NCBI GenBank assembly: GCA_964589705.1
Contig: CAZPUF010000006.1
Span: forward strand, 1-24,000
Reading direction: 5' to 3'
DNA length: 24,000 nucleotides
From: an uncultured Saprospiraceae bacterium
GTDB lineage: Bacteria; Bacteroidota; Bacteroidia; Chitinophagales; Saprospiraceae
The notes beneath the pieces were generated by a model. It was not told where the DNA came from. It saw only the letters and a program-made list of their open reading frames with translations, and made no database searches. The stretch's first letter is position 1. Each line of letters begins with the position of its first letter. The translations under genes and the position numbers were made by a program. Below are positions 8,741-16,546 of the stretch, piece by piece.

Positions 8741-9520
8741 ATGAAAAAAATATTAACCGCCTTTACATGCCTTGTCCTGATCTTGAGTTATTCATGCAGT
8801 GAGGACAATTGTGCAGATCTTGATTGTGGTCCAAATGGTGATTGTAATCCTGATACAGGTGCTTGTATGTGTGATCCAGGCTTTTCTGGCACCAACTGTG
8901 AAATTAATATTTGCGATACTACAGATTGTGGTTCCAATGGTACTTGTGACCCAGTTACAGGAGATTGTAATTGTGAAGAAGGATACTCAGGAGAAAACTG
9001 CGAAATTAATGTATGCGACACTGTAGACTGTGGGCCAAATGGAGATTGCTTTGAGAGAGACGGTACCTGTATTTGCAACCCAGGTTTTGAAGGAGAAAGA
9101 TGTGAAACAGAAACCAGATCAAATTTTGTTGGGGAATATATCGGTGATATTGTTCCATGCGTACCAAGTATACTGGCATCACAAATTCCAGATGACATAT
9201 TAGAATCACTAACGATGACACCTATAGAAGTTACGCCTAATGCTGAAGATATTTCATCGGTTGACATCGGAGCAAGCAATAGTATGGTTTTAGGTCTCTC
9301 TGTCGTCGCCAATATCACTGAAGAATCTTTTACTATAGACGAATTCATGCAAGAATTGGAGGTTGATACCCCTATTGGCACAGTTACAATTACAGTTATC
9401 GGAGAAGGGACTGGATCTTTTATTGACAATGATAATATGCAACTCAATTTGAGTCTTGTATATCAAACAGTTTTAGGAGTATTCAATAGTGAATGCGAAA
9501 TCATATTTACAAAACAGTAA
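8741..9520 (+). CDS. Lipoprotein with three tandem EGF-like Cys-rich modules and an unassigned C-terminal domain
   Basis: Lipobox 'LVLILSYSCSED'. Three ~34-aa six-Cys units follow: 'CADLDCGPNGDCNPDTGACMCDPGFSGTNCEINI', 'CDTTDCGSNGTCDPVTGDCNCEEGYSGENCEINV' and 'CDTVDCGPNGDCFERDGTCICNPGFEGERCETE'. The 219-aa antisense ORF (8788..9447) is a mirror artefact. Confidence 0.8.
   Translation: MKKILTAFTCLVLILSYSCSEDNCADLDCGPNGDCNPDTGACMCDPGFSGTNCEINICDTTDCGSNGTCDPVTGDCNCEEGYSGENCEINVCDTVDCGPNGDCFERDGTCICNPGFEGERCETETRSNFVGEYIGDIVPCVPSILASQIPDDILESLTMTPIEVTPNAEDISSVDIGASNSMVLGLSVVANITEESFTIDEFMQELEVDTPIGTVTITVIGEGTGSFIDNDNMQLNLSLVYQTVLGVFNSECEIIFTKQ
8810..9112 (+). repeat. Three tandem in-frame ~102-nt coding repeats (EGF-like modules)
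   Basis: The protein repeats are aligned by eye. The pattern C-x4-C-G-x-N-G-x-C-x5/6-C-x-C-x2-G-[FY]-x-G-x2-C-E is conserved in all three units. Boundaries were computed from residues C24 to E124. Confidence 0.8.
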
Positions 9521-9543
9521 TAAGAATAGCGTAAAAATTAAAT

Positions 9544-9581
9544 AAAAGGCCTTCCAGTTTGTTACTTGGAGGGCCTTTTTC
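9544..9581 (+). terminator. Rho-independent terminator after the EGF-like lipoprotein gene
   Basis: 'aaaaggccttcca gtttgttact tggagggcctttttc'. The GC-containing stem is aaaaggcc/ggcctttt plus ttcca/tggag with one U-G pair. A T-run follows, and the element sits ~25 nt after the stop. Confidence 0.75.
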
Positions 9582-9615
9582 TGCTAATGAAATAATATCA
9601 CTCGGTTCATCTCTC

Positions 9616-9623
9616 TATATTTG
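9616..9623 (+). promoter_or_regulatory. Candidate Bacteroidota -7 promoter box (TAnnTTTG)
   Basis: 'tatatttg' is a perfect TAnnTTTG. It ends 15 nt upstream of the ATG at 9639. Confidence 0.45.
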
Positions 9624-9638
9624 GTTTGAATAGGTACA

Positions 9639-10787
9639 ATGAAAATTATCGTCACTACACAGGAAGGATTAGAAGAAGTCTGCGCCAGAGAAATGGCCAA
9701 CTTAGATTTGCAAGATATTGAAATCCTTAGGAGAGGTGTTTCTTGTCAAGGCAATTGGGCACAACTTTACAAATGCAATTATCTTTTACGAACGGCAGTA
9801 AGAGTCCTTGTTCCTATACACGAATTCGATGTAAATGATCAAGACGAATATTACGAGGCTATCAAAAGTATCAATTGGACTCAATACATTAAACCTGACC
9901 AAACTTTTGCCATCAATTCAGTTATCACAGGAGAACTCTTTACGAATAGTCTCTTTGCTACTTTCAGAGCAAAGGATGCCATAGCAGATAGGATAACAGA
10001 AGAAAAAGGATCTCGACCTGATGTAGACATAGACAACCCTTCCATCGTTATTAATATTTACGTCAATCAAGATAAGTTATCGGTAGCCTTGGATAGCACA
10101 GGTCATTCACTCCATCTGCGTGGTTACAAAGAACGATCATATAAGGCACCTCTTAATGAAGTATTCGCGGCAGGCATCATCAAATTAGCAGGTTGGGATG
10201 GCTCACAAGATTTTTACGACCCAATGTGTGGTTCAGGTACTTTTACCACAGAGGCATTGATGATGGCAGCTAATGTTCCACCTGGTAGACTGATAAAGAG
10301 ATTTTGTTTTCAAAACTGGACAGAATATTATCCAAAAATTTGGAGAAGTATTAAAAGAACTGCCGAAGAAGATATCATTGCACCAAAGTGTAATTTTTAC
10401 TCTAGTGATCTCAATCCATATGCTACACGTGATTTGAGAAAAAATTTGCAACGTATACCCTTCAAAGAGATCGTCAAAATCAAAGAGAAAGACTTTCTAG
10501 AAGAAACTGGTCAGCAGGATGCTATCCTATTTCTTAACCCACCATACGATAAAAGAATTAAGATTAGAGATGTCAAGAACTTCTACCGAAAAATCTCTGA
10601 TGCCCTTAAGCAACACTGGCAAGGGTCTACGGCCTGGGTAATATCTGGCAATAATCAGGCTATGAAGTCGTTTGGACTTAAACATAGCGCAAAATATAGT
10701 GTAGATAATGGCGGGATACCGTCCAAGTTGTATAAATTTGAATTATATGGTGGCTCACGGAAACAGAAACATAATAAAGCTCTATAG
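9639..10787 (+). CDS. THUMP domain-containing class I SAM-dependent RNA methyltransferase (COG0116, RlmL N-terminal half / YpsC-like)
   Basis: 382 aa. The N-terminal THUMP-like region includes 'LLRTAVRVLVPI' and 'FRAKDAIADRI'. The SAM-binding motif is 'FYDPMCGSGTFTTEA'. The catalytic (D/N)PPY motif is 'FLNPPYDKR'. Confidence 0.8.
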   Translation: MKIIVTTQEGLEEVCAREMANLDLQDIEILRRGVSCQGNWAQLYKCNYLLRTAVRVLVPIHEFDVNDQDEYYEAIKSINWTQYIKPDQTFAINSVITGELFTNSLFATFRAKDAIADRITEEKGSRPDVDIDNPSIVINIYVNQDKLSVALDSTGHSLHLRGYKERSYKAPLNEVFAAGIIKLAGWDGSQDFYDPMCGSGTFTTEALMMAANVPPGRLIKRFCFQNWTEYYPKIWRSIKRTAEEDIIAPKCNFYSSDLNPYATRDLRKNLQRIPFKEIVKIKEKDFLEETGQQDAILFLNPPYDKRIKIRDVKNFYRKISDALKQHWQGSTAWVISGNNQAMKSFGLKHSAKYSVDNGGIPSKLYKFELYGGSRKQKHNKAL

Positions 10788-11127
10788 CCTGACGATTATT
10801 CTAATCACGATATTCGTCACTCCTTCCTTTACCCAATCTCTGTCTATAGAATCTCTCAGGTTAGATAAAATTGATTCATTATGCATAGTACCAGATTTGA
10901 AGTTAGACTATGCACTATTATCCAAGCCAAAAGCTATACTGAATATAGAATCAACAAAAAATCAATCTGTCATGGTTAAGAAATTTGATTATCTCAAGGC
11001 TTACCATGACCACTTAGGCATCTTTTGCAAAGCCGAAAATATAGCCAGCCAAAAAGCGACAGTCAACTTGAGAATGAGGTTAGGAAGTCTGGAGTACGTA
11101 GACAGGATGGAAGGAAAGATAAGGTAA
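10747..11127 (+). CDS. Hypothetical secreted protein
   Basis: The track ORF starts at 10708, inside the methyltransferase gene. I prefer the ATG at 10747, which gives 'MVAHGNRNIIKLYSLTIILITIFVTPSFTQ', a signal-like sequence. The C-terminal 'LGIFCKAENIASQKATVNLRMRLGSLEYVDRMEGK' resembles a small conserved Bacteroidota family that I recall only vaguely. The function is unknown. Confidence 0.55.
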   Translation: MVAHGNRNIIKLYSLTIILITIFVTPSFTQSLSIESLRLDKIDSLCIVPDLKLDYALLSKPKAILNIESTKNQSVMVKKFDYLKAYHDHLGIFCKAENIASQKATVNLRMRLGSLEYVDRMEGKIR

Positions 11128-11132
11128 AGCAA

Positions 11133-11858
11133 TTACAGAATATCCTTAAGGTCTGATACACCTATATACTCATGACAAGTAAATCCTTCACCATATTCCA
11201 CAGCTATTCTTCTTCCAAAATCTTGGGATCTTCCTCTTAATCCATCCAAAAAAGACTTAGACGAAATCGGTGTTTGTGGTCCTTTAGAATCCTTCTGATA
11301 AAACTGAGTTTCAAAGCATTTGACAAGTTTTATCTTCTTATCCATATACATTGAAATATCTACCACGATGTCTGGCTTGATATAATGATCCTGTATATAG
11401 TGGAGGACTTTGCGAGGACGCCATGGCGCTTGATTTGTTTTTCCTGATTTGGTTTTGATCTTAAGCAGACCAGAAAGAAAACAAGCTTCACTGACTAATT
11501 TTGCTGCATTACCATGGTCAGGATGACGATCTGTGACCGAATTAGCCAAGATTATCTCAGGCCTATACTTACGGATGGACTTTATAATTTTCAATTTATT
11601 CTCTTTGTTATTGGCGATAAAGCCATCTGCCATTCCTAGATTTTCTCTTACAGCAACCTTTGCAAATTTTCTTGCAGCTTCAGCCTCTTTCTTCCTTGTA
11701 GCAGCTGTTCCTCTTGTTCCTAATTCTCCTTTGGTCAAATCAACAATTCCAACTTTATATCCTAAGTCAATATGTTTTAGTATCGTACCACCACATCCTA
11801 ACTCCACATCATCAGGATGTACGCCTATTGCGAGAAAATCTAAATTCTTAATCTTCAT
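11133..11858 (-). CDS. bshB1: LmbE/PIG-L-family N-acetylglucosaminide deacetylase, best match to bacillithiol biosynthesis deacetylase BshB1
   Basis: 'AIGVHPDDVELGCGGTILK' is the zinc-binding (A/P)HPDD motif. 'DLTKGELGTRG...RKKEAEAAR' and 'DRHPDHGNAAKLVSEACFLSG' align closely with my recollection of B. subtilis BshB1 (YpjG). The gene lies 25 nt downstream of fabH on the same strand. Confidence 0.8.
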   Translation of the reverse strand: MKIKNLDFLAIGVHPDDVELGCGGTILKHIDLGYKVGIVDLTKGELGTRGTAATRKKEAEAARKFAKVAVRENLGMADGFIANNKENKLKIIKSIRKYRPEIILANSVTDRHPDHGNAAKLVSEACFLSGLLKIKTKSGKTNQAPWRPRKVLHYIQDHYIKPDIVVDISMYMDKKIKLVKCFETQFYQKDSKGPQTPISSKSFLDGLRGRSQDFGRRIAVEYGEGFTCHEYIGVSDLKDIL

Positions 11859-11883
11859 ATATTATAATTAAAAGGCAAGCCAT

Positions 11884-12936
11884 TTACTCCCATCTGAGTA
11901 ATGCACTACCCCAAGTAAATCCACTTCCAAATGCAGCCAAACAAACCAAATCACCTGATTTTACCATACCAGCTTCCCATGCTTCACATAAGGCAATAGG
12001 AATAGAGGCTGCGGTTGTATTGCCATATTTCTGGATGTTATTGAATACCTTATCATCAGTAAGGCTCATACTCTGCTGAACGAATTTGCTGATTCTCAAA
12101 TTAGCTTGGTGCGGAACCAACATATCTATATCTGACTTGTCCAAGCCGGTCTCATTCAGCGCTTCTTGTATAACCTCTACAAACTTAACAACTGCTTTCT
12201 TGAATACCGCTTGACCATTCATATATGGATACATCATCCCATCAGCCACCATCTTTGGTGTAGCAAATATGCCTCCTGGCACATTTGTATCAGGAAAGCC
12301 ATAATCCACCTCATCATGGACACCTCCATGACTTCCAAAATTTATCATGGCCAACTCCTCAGCAAAGCTGCCATCGGAATGTAGCTTGGTCGTCAATATA
12401 CCTTCTCCCTCTGCAGGTTGTAAGACAACCGCACCAGCTCCATCTCCAAAAATCACAGTCACATTCCGACCTTTGGTGCTAAAATCCAATCCCATACTGT
12501 GCATCTCAGCTCCAACTAACAAGATGTTCTTATACATTCCAGATCGGATAAACTGATCCGCCACTGAGAGACCATAGACAAATCCTGAACATTGATTACG
12601 TATATCCAATGCGCCGATTTCAGTATTGGTAATTCCCAATTCTCGTTGTAATAATACGCCACAACCTGGGAAATAATAATCAGGACTAAGGGTCGCAAAG
12701 ATGATGAAGTCCACATCCTCTTTGGTAATACCTGCTCTTTCTATAGCTATCTCTGCCGCTTTGGCACCCATGGTAGATGATGATTCTTTATGCTTAGTCG
12801 CATATCTCCTTTCTTCTATGCCTGTTCTCTCAATGATCCACTCGTCAGAAGTATCCATATACTTAGTTAGCTCTTGATTCTTGACGACATTGGAAGGCAA
12901 ATAACACCCTATACCTCCAATTTTGGTTCTTGCCAT
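11884..12936 (-). CDS. fabH: Beta-ketoacyl-ACP synthase III (KAS III)
   Basis: The catalytic triad contexts are 'NQCSGFVYGL' (Cys), 'VPHQANLRI' (His) and 'GNTTAASIPIAL' (Asn). The C-terminal 'GFTWGSALLRW' is typical of the family. At 350 aa it is somewhat longer than canonical FabH. Confidence 0.88.
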   Translation of the reverse strand: MARTKIGGIGCYLPSNVVKNQELTKYMDTSDEWIIERTGIEERRYATKHKESSSTMGAKAAEIAIERAGITKEDVDFIIFATLSPDYYFPGCGVLLQRELGITNTEIGALDIRNQCSGFVYGLSVADQFIRSGMYKNILLVGAEMHSMGLDFSTKGRNVTVIFGDGAGAVVLQPAEGEGILTTKLHSDGSFAEELAMINFGSHGGVHDEVDYGFPDTNVPGGIFATPKMVADGMMYPYMNGQAVFKKAVVKFVEVIQEALNETGLDKSDIDMLVPHQANLRISKFVQQSMSLTDDKVFNNIQKYGNTTAASIPIALCEAWEAGMVKSGDLVCLAAFGSGFTWGSALLRWE

Positions 12937-13054
12937 AACATTCAGTTTTCAAGCAAATTAATAGATTTTTTATTGCTGTCATTATCCAAAAGTCTATTAT
13001 TCACTAATAAATAAACTTAGAAATGTAAAGTAACCAATAGCAATGGATAATTAC

Positions 13055-13062
13055 TAGCTTTG
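13055..13062 (+). promoter_or_regulatory. Candidate Bacteroidota -7 promoter box (TAnnTTTG) for the lipid operon
   Basis: 'tagctttg' is a perfect TAnnTTTG. It ends 34 nt upstream of the TTG start at 13097, within the 160-bp divergent fabH / lipid-operon intergenic region. Confidence 0.45.
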
Positions 13063-13096
13063 CGATTAGCGAGATCACCTCACAGAATAAGACAAT

Positions 13097-13792
13097 TTGA
13101 ATCCTATAAAGAAGAAGCTACAACAGCTTATTTACATAATCCTAAATCCACTAATTCAGCTTTTGATAAAGTTGGGTGTCACTCCAAATATGGTTACCTT
13201 CTTCGGTTTCCTACTTAATATCTTGTCGACGGGTGTGCTCATATATGGAGCAGAGGTAGGAGATAGAAATAATCACAAATATCTAGGATATGCAGGTGCG
13301 ATAATACTATTTGCCGGAGCCATGGATATGATAGATGGAAGATTAGCGAGATTGAGTGGTAAGGACCATCCATATGGTGCCTTATATGACTCCGTCATAG
13401 ATAGGTACAGTGAGCTGGTTATGTTTTTTGGCTTCTGCTATTATACAGTAACTCAAGATTACTTACTGACAAGCATATTTAGTTTTATTGCTATGATAGG
13501 ATCTATTATGGTCAGTTATACAAGAGCGCGGGCAGAAGGACTAGGTGTCAATGCCAGTGTCGGTCTAATGCAGCGGCCAGAAAGAATAGTCCTTGTCGCA
13601 ACAGCCAGTCTGATAACCTGTATAGTCTCGGCTGCGATCGGCGGTGGGTATGAATATAGAGTATCATGGTTAGGTCAACCAATCTTTGAGACGATCTCAG
13701 TATTCAGCTGGTCTATCACTTTCTTGGCGTTTTCTGCCAATATCACAGCTCTAAGAAGGTTATATTTCTCCAGACAACAACTCATGGAATAG
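13097..13792 (+). CDS. CDP-alcohol phosphatidyltransferase; candidate phosphatidylinositol-phosphate synthase
   Basis: A perfect family signature DX2DGX2ARX8GX3DX3D is present in 'DMIDGRLARLSGKDHPYGALYDSVIDR'. The protein has multiple TM helices. The start is a TTG, because no in-frame ATG precedes the conserved 'TPNMVTFFGF'. The inositol-phosphate acceptor is inferred from co-operonic MIPS and PgpA. Confidence 0.85.
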   Translation: MNPIKKKLQQLIYIILNPLIQLLIKLGVTPNMVTFFGFLLNILSTGVLIYGAEVGDRNNHKYLGYAGAIILFAGAMDMIDGRLARLSGKDHPYGALYDSVIDRYSELVMFFGFCYYTVTQDYLLTSIFSFIAMIGSIMVSYTRARAEGLGVNASVGLMQRPERIVLVATASLITCIVSAAIGGGYEYRVSWLGQPIFETISVFSWSITFLAFSANITALRRLYFSRQQLME

Positions 13793-13860
13793 TTTGTTAA
13801 TCTATTTAATGGTGAGAATAACGGTGATATAGCTGAGAAAGATTTTAAATTTGAACCTAG

Positions 13861-14382
13861 ATGTTAGATAACTTTAATAAGATTAAGACCAGGAAGACCC
13901 AATATGGAGAACATGGGCTACCTGAAACTTATCCGGTTCCACGGATAGATGGTCTTCTTTTCTACATCCAAAGAAATCTAAATCAGAACACAGTAGTCTA
14001 CGTTATAAATCAATCTAAAGATGGCTTTCTAAATGAAGAGCGACCAATGGATGTCTACTGGGTTAATTACACCGAAGGCGGCATTGTTAAATCACTTAAC
14101 CAAATTCAAAACAAACTTGCTTTTGGCTATAAAAGCGAAAAAATAAACAATACAAGCTGTCGATTCCAAATGGTTTCATATGAACATCAGGAATTTTACA
14201 TTGGAAAAAACTGTGATAACAAGTATCAAGTACATACTAAGTTAAATGACCGAATGAGTGTCATATCCAACATATACGTATACGCTGAAGATTTTGGCGT
14301 ATTTCCTCAGGTTAAGTATATAGAGTTCTATGGACAGGACTTAGTGAGACAATTACCAACGTACAGTAAAGTACTCTTGTAA
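13861..14382 (+). CDS. Soluble hypothetical protein, probably DUF4833 family
   Basis: 173 aa with no signal peptide or TM segment. 'LFYIQRNLNQNTVVYVIN', 'DVYWVNY' and 'VKYIEFYGQD' fit my recollection of the Bacteroidota-restricted DUF4833 pattern. This was not verified. Confidence 0.6.
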   Translation: MLDNFNKIKTRKTQYGEHGLPETYPVPRIDGLLFYIQRNLNQNTVVYVINQSKDGFLNEERPMDVYWVNYTEGGIVKSLNQIQNKLAFGYKSEKINNTSCRFQMVSYEHQEFYIGKNCDNKYQVHTKLNDRMSVISNIYVYAEDFGVFPQVKYIEFYGQDLVRQLPTYSKVLL

Positions 14383-14392
14383 AACTTTCTTC

Positions 14393-15325
14393 ATGTCTTT
14401 TCGATTTGATTCAAGGTTCTCCAGAAATTGGATAGTATTTGGATTGGTTTTTACCACCCTATACTGGCTATGGAATGGGCTGGCAGTAGGTATAGATTCA
14501 TTGGCGATCATCTTCTACTTATCCATTATTGGTCTGATCTATGCCACTCCAAGAAGTAGAAAATTGGCCGTCGCTTTTAGTCCATTTTTCATCTACCTGA
14601 TATGCTATAATTCACTGAAAATATTGCATGATTATAATCCATTTACCATTATAAATGAGTCTCTTTATGATCTCGAAGTTGCTTGGTTTGGGGTTAATGT
14701 TGACGGTGTCAAAGTCTCCTTATGCGAATACTTCAACCATCATATTCATTGGTTTCTTGATTTAGTCTCAGGTATCTTCTATATCACTTGGGCCCCATTT
14801 CCAATCATTTTTGGTCTCATTACATTTTTTACTAAAAAACCAAAACTGACCTTTGATTTTTGGACTTGCTTTTTAATTGCCAACTTATTTGGATTTGCTA
14901 TCTATATTTTGCTTCCAGCTGCACCTCCTTGGTATTATTTGAAATATGGAGCAGAAGTGGTACTTGATGCTGGCGGAGAACCAGCTGGTTTAGCCAGGTT
15001 TGATGAAATGATAGGATTTGGGTTATATTCTGGAATGTACAGTAAGGGGACAAATACCTTTGGTGCATTACCTTCAATGCATGCTGCCTTCCCATTAATT
15101 TTGAGTTATTATAGTTTGAAATACAAGAACAAATATTTAACTACTTTATTCACTGTCAGTTTGTTATGTATATGGTTTGGTGCTATATATACTAACCATC
15201 ATTATTTAATTGATGTAATTATGGGGATTGGATGTGCTATTATTGGTATTTTACTACTTGAAACCACGGTAAATAGTAGTTTTGTGCCTTCTTGGTACAA
15301 GAAAACAAAAGAATTCATTAGCTGA
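14393..15325 (+). CDS. PAP2-superfamily integral membrane protein with sphingomyelin/IPC-synthase-like motifs; candidate inositol-phosphoceramide synthase
   Basis: About 6-8 TM helices. The C2-like motif is 'LPSMHAAFP' (PSxH). The C3-like motif 'NHHYLIDVIMG' (HxxxD) resembles the SMS/AUR1-type 'HYxxDV' block. The classical KxxxxxxRP C1 motif is not obvious to me, as is also true of SMS/IPC synthases. Confidence 0.7.
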   Translation: MSFRFDSRFSRNWIVFGLVFTTLYWLWNGLAVGIDSLAIIFYLSIIGLIYATPRSRKLAVAFSPFFIYLICYNSLKILHDYNPFTIINESLYDLEVAWFGVNVDGVKVSLCEYFNHHIHWFLDLVSGIFYITWAPFPIIFGLITFFTKKPKLTFDFWTCFLIANLFGFAIYILLPAAPPWYYLKYGAEVVLDAGGEPAGLARFDEMIGFGLYSGMYSKGTNTFGALPSMHAAFPLILSYYSLKYKNKYLTTLFTVSLLCIWFGAIYTNHHYLIDVIMGIGCAIIGILLLETTVNSSFVPSWYKKTKEFIS

Positions 15326-15340
15326 CTTAGTTTATATTTT

Positions 15341-16546
15341 ATGCCCCTAAGAAAGAAAATGGTTGCTTATACGCAGCCTCAAAAAATTCAAGAGCTAGGA
15401 ATATATCCATACTTCCGTACAATTGAATCTGAACAAGATACGGTTGTCAAAATCAATGGGAAGGATGTCTTGATGTTCGGTTCTAATAGTTATTTAGGAT
15501 TGACTAATCATCCACGACTTAAGGAAGCTTCAAAGAAAGCCATAGACAAATATGGCTCAGGTTGTGCAGGTTCTAGATTCCTAAACGGGACCTTGGATAT
15601 CCATTTAGAATTAGAAGAAAAGCTGGCTTCCTTTGTAGGAAAAGAAGAGGCCCTAGTATTTAGTACAGGGTTTCAAGTTAATCTAGGTGTTATCTCATCT
15701 ATACCAGGTAGACACGATTACATTATCACTGATGACTTAGACCACGCATGCATAATAGACGGTGCCAGATTGAGTTATGCGAGCAAGCACTGGAAGTACA
15801 AGCATAATGACATGGAAGCTCTAGAAAAGCTTCTTGCCAAGTGTGAGCCTGAGCGCATTAAGCTAATTGCTGTTGATGGTGTATTTAGCATGGAAGGTGA
15901 TCTATGTAATTTGCCAGAGATAGTCAGACTTGCGAAAAAATATAAAGCGTGTATCTTTTTGGATGATGCACATGGTCTAGGCGTAATGGGGGCTGGAGGA
16001 AGAGGTACTGCAGCACACTTTGGATTGACAGAGGATGTAGATATGATTATGGGTACATTCAGTAAATCACTAGCGTCTATAGGTGGGTTTGTTGCAGCAA
16101 ACAAAGAGACGATTAATTACCTTAAGCATAATGCAAGATCTCTCATATTTAGTGCAAGTATAGCACCTGCTAATGCTGCATCTGTTATTGCAGCACTTGA
16201 TCTTATACAAGAAGAACCCGACAGGATAGACAAGGTTTGGGAGAATACTAATTACGCTATGAAGCTTCTTAATGAAGCTGGTTTTGACACAGGTCATACA
16301 GTTACACCAATCATTCCAATTTTGATTAGAGATGATTATAAGACCTTTAGCTTAACCAGAAAATTATTAGACCAAGGTGTCTTTGTCAATCCAGTTGTAT
16401 CTCCGGCAGTACCAAGTACGTCTTCGTTACTGAGATATTCGTTGATGTCTACTCACACCAAACCCCAGATAGAAGAATCCGTAGAAAAGATTTACGCTAT
16501 CTCTAAGGAAATCGGTGTCTTTGACCAAGAAAAAACGCATGCATGA
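15341..16546 (+). CDS. spt: Alpha-oxoamine synthase, serine palmitoyltransferase-like
   Basis: 'GSNSYLGLTNHPRLKEASKKAIDKYGSGCAGSRFLNGTLDIHLELEEKLA', 'DDAHGLGVMG', and the PLP-lysine context 'GTFSKSLASIGGFVA'. The GTFSKS context matches what I recall for bacterial SPT, whereas BioF and KBL have GTLSKA/GTLGKA. The operon context also supports SPT. Confidence 0.8.
   Translation: MPLRKKMVAYTQPQKIQELGIYPYFRTIESEQDTVVKINGKDVLMFGSNSYLGLTNHPRLKEASKKAIDKYGSGCAGSRFLNGTLDIHLELEEKLASFVGKEEALVFSTGFQVNLGVISSIPGRHDYIITDDLDHACIIDGARLSYASKHWKYKHNDMEALEKLLAKCEPERIKLIAVDGVFSMEGDLCNLPEIVRLAKKYKACIFLDDAHGLGVMGAGGRGTAAHFGLTEDVDMIMGTFSKSLASIGGFVAANKETINYLKHNARSLIFSASIAPANAASVIAALDLIQEEPDRIDKVWENTNYAMKLLNEAGFDTGHTVTPIIPILIRDDYKTFSLTRKLLDQGVFVNPVVSPAVPSTSSLLRYSLMSTHTKPQIEESVEKIYAISKEIGVFDQEKTHA

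Noticed and set aside
8788-9447. 219-aa minus-strand ORF, plus the alternative-frame ORFs 8799..9026 and 9006..9221
   Set aside because: They lie entirely antisense to, or out of frame within, the EGF-like lipoprotein gene. Their translations are Ser/Pro-rich and low-complexity with no recognisable motifs. The repetitive Cys-codon-rich sense strand keeps the antisense frame open.
10708-10746. Upstream extension of the 10708..11127 ORF overlapping the methyltransferase gene by 80 nt
   Set aside because: The in-frame ATG at 10747 gives a normal signal-peptide N-terminus and a shorter overlap (41 nt instead of 80 nt), so the extension is probably not translated.
11533-12716. Track ORFs antisense to or out of frame within bshB1 and fabH (11533..11871, 12166..12384, 12285..12482, 12347..12556, 12516..12716)
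   Set aside because: The bshB1 and fabH frames have unambiguous catalytic motifs. The overlapping ORFs have no features and are frame artefacts.
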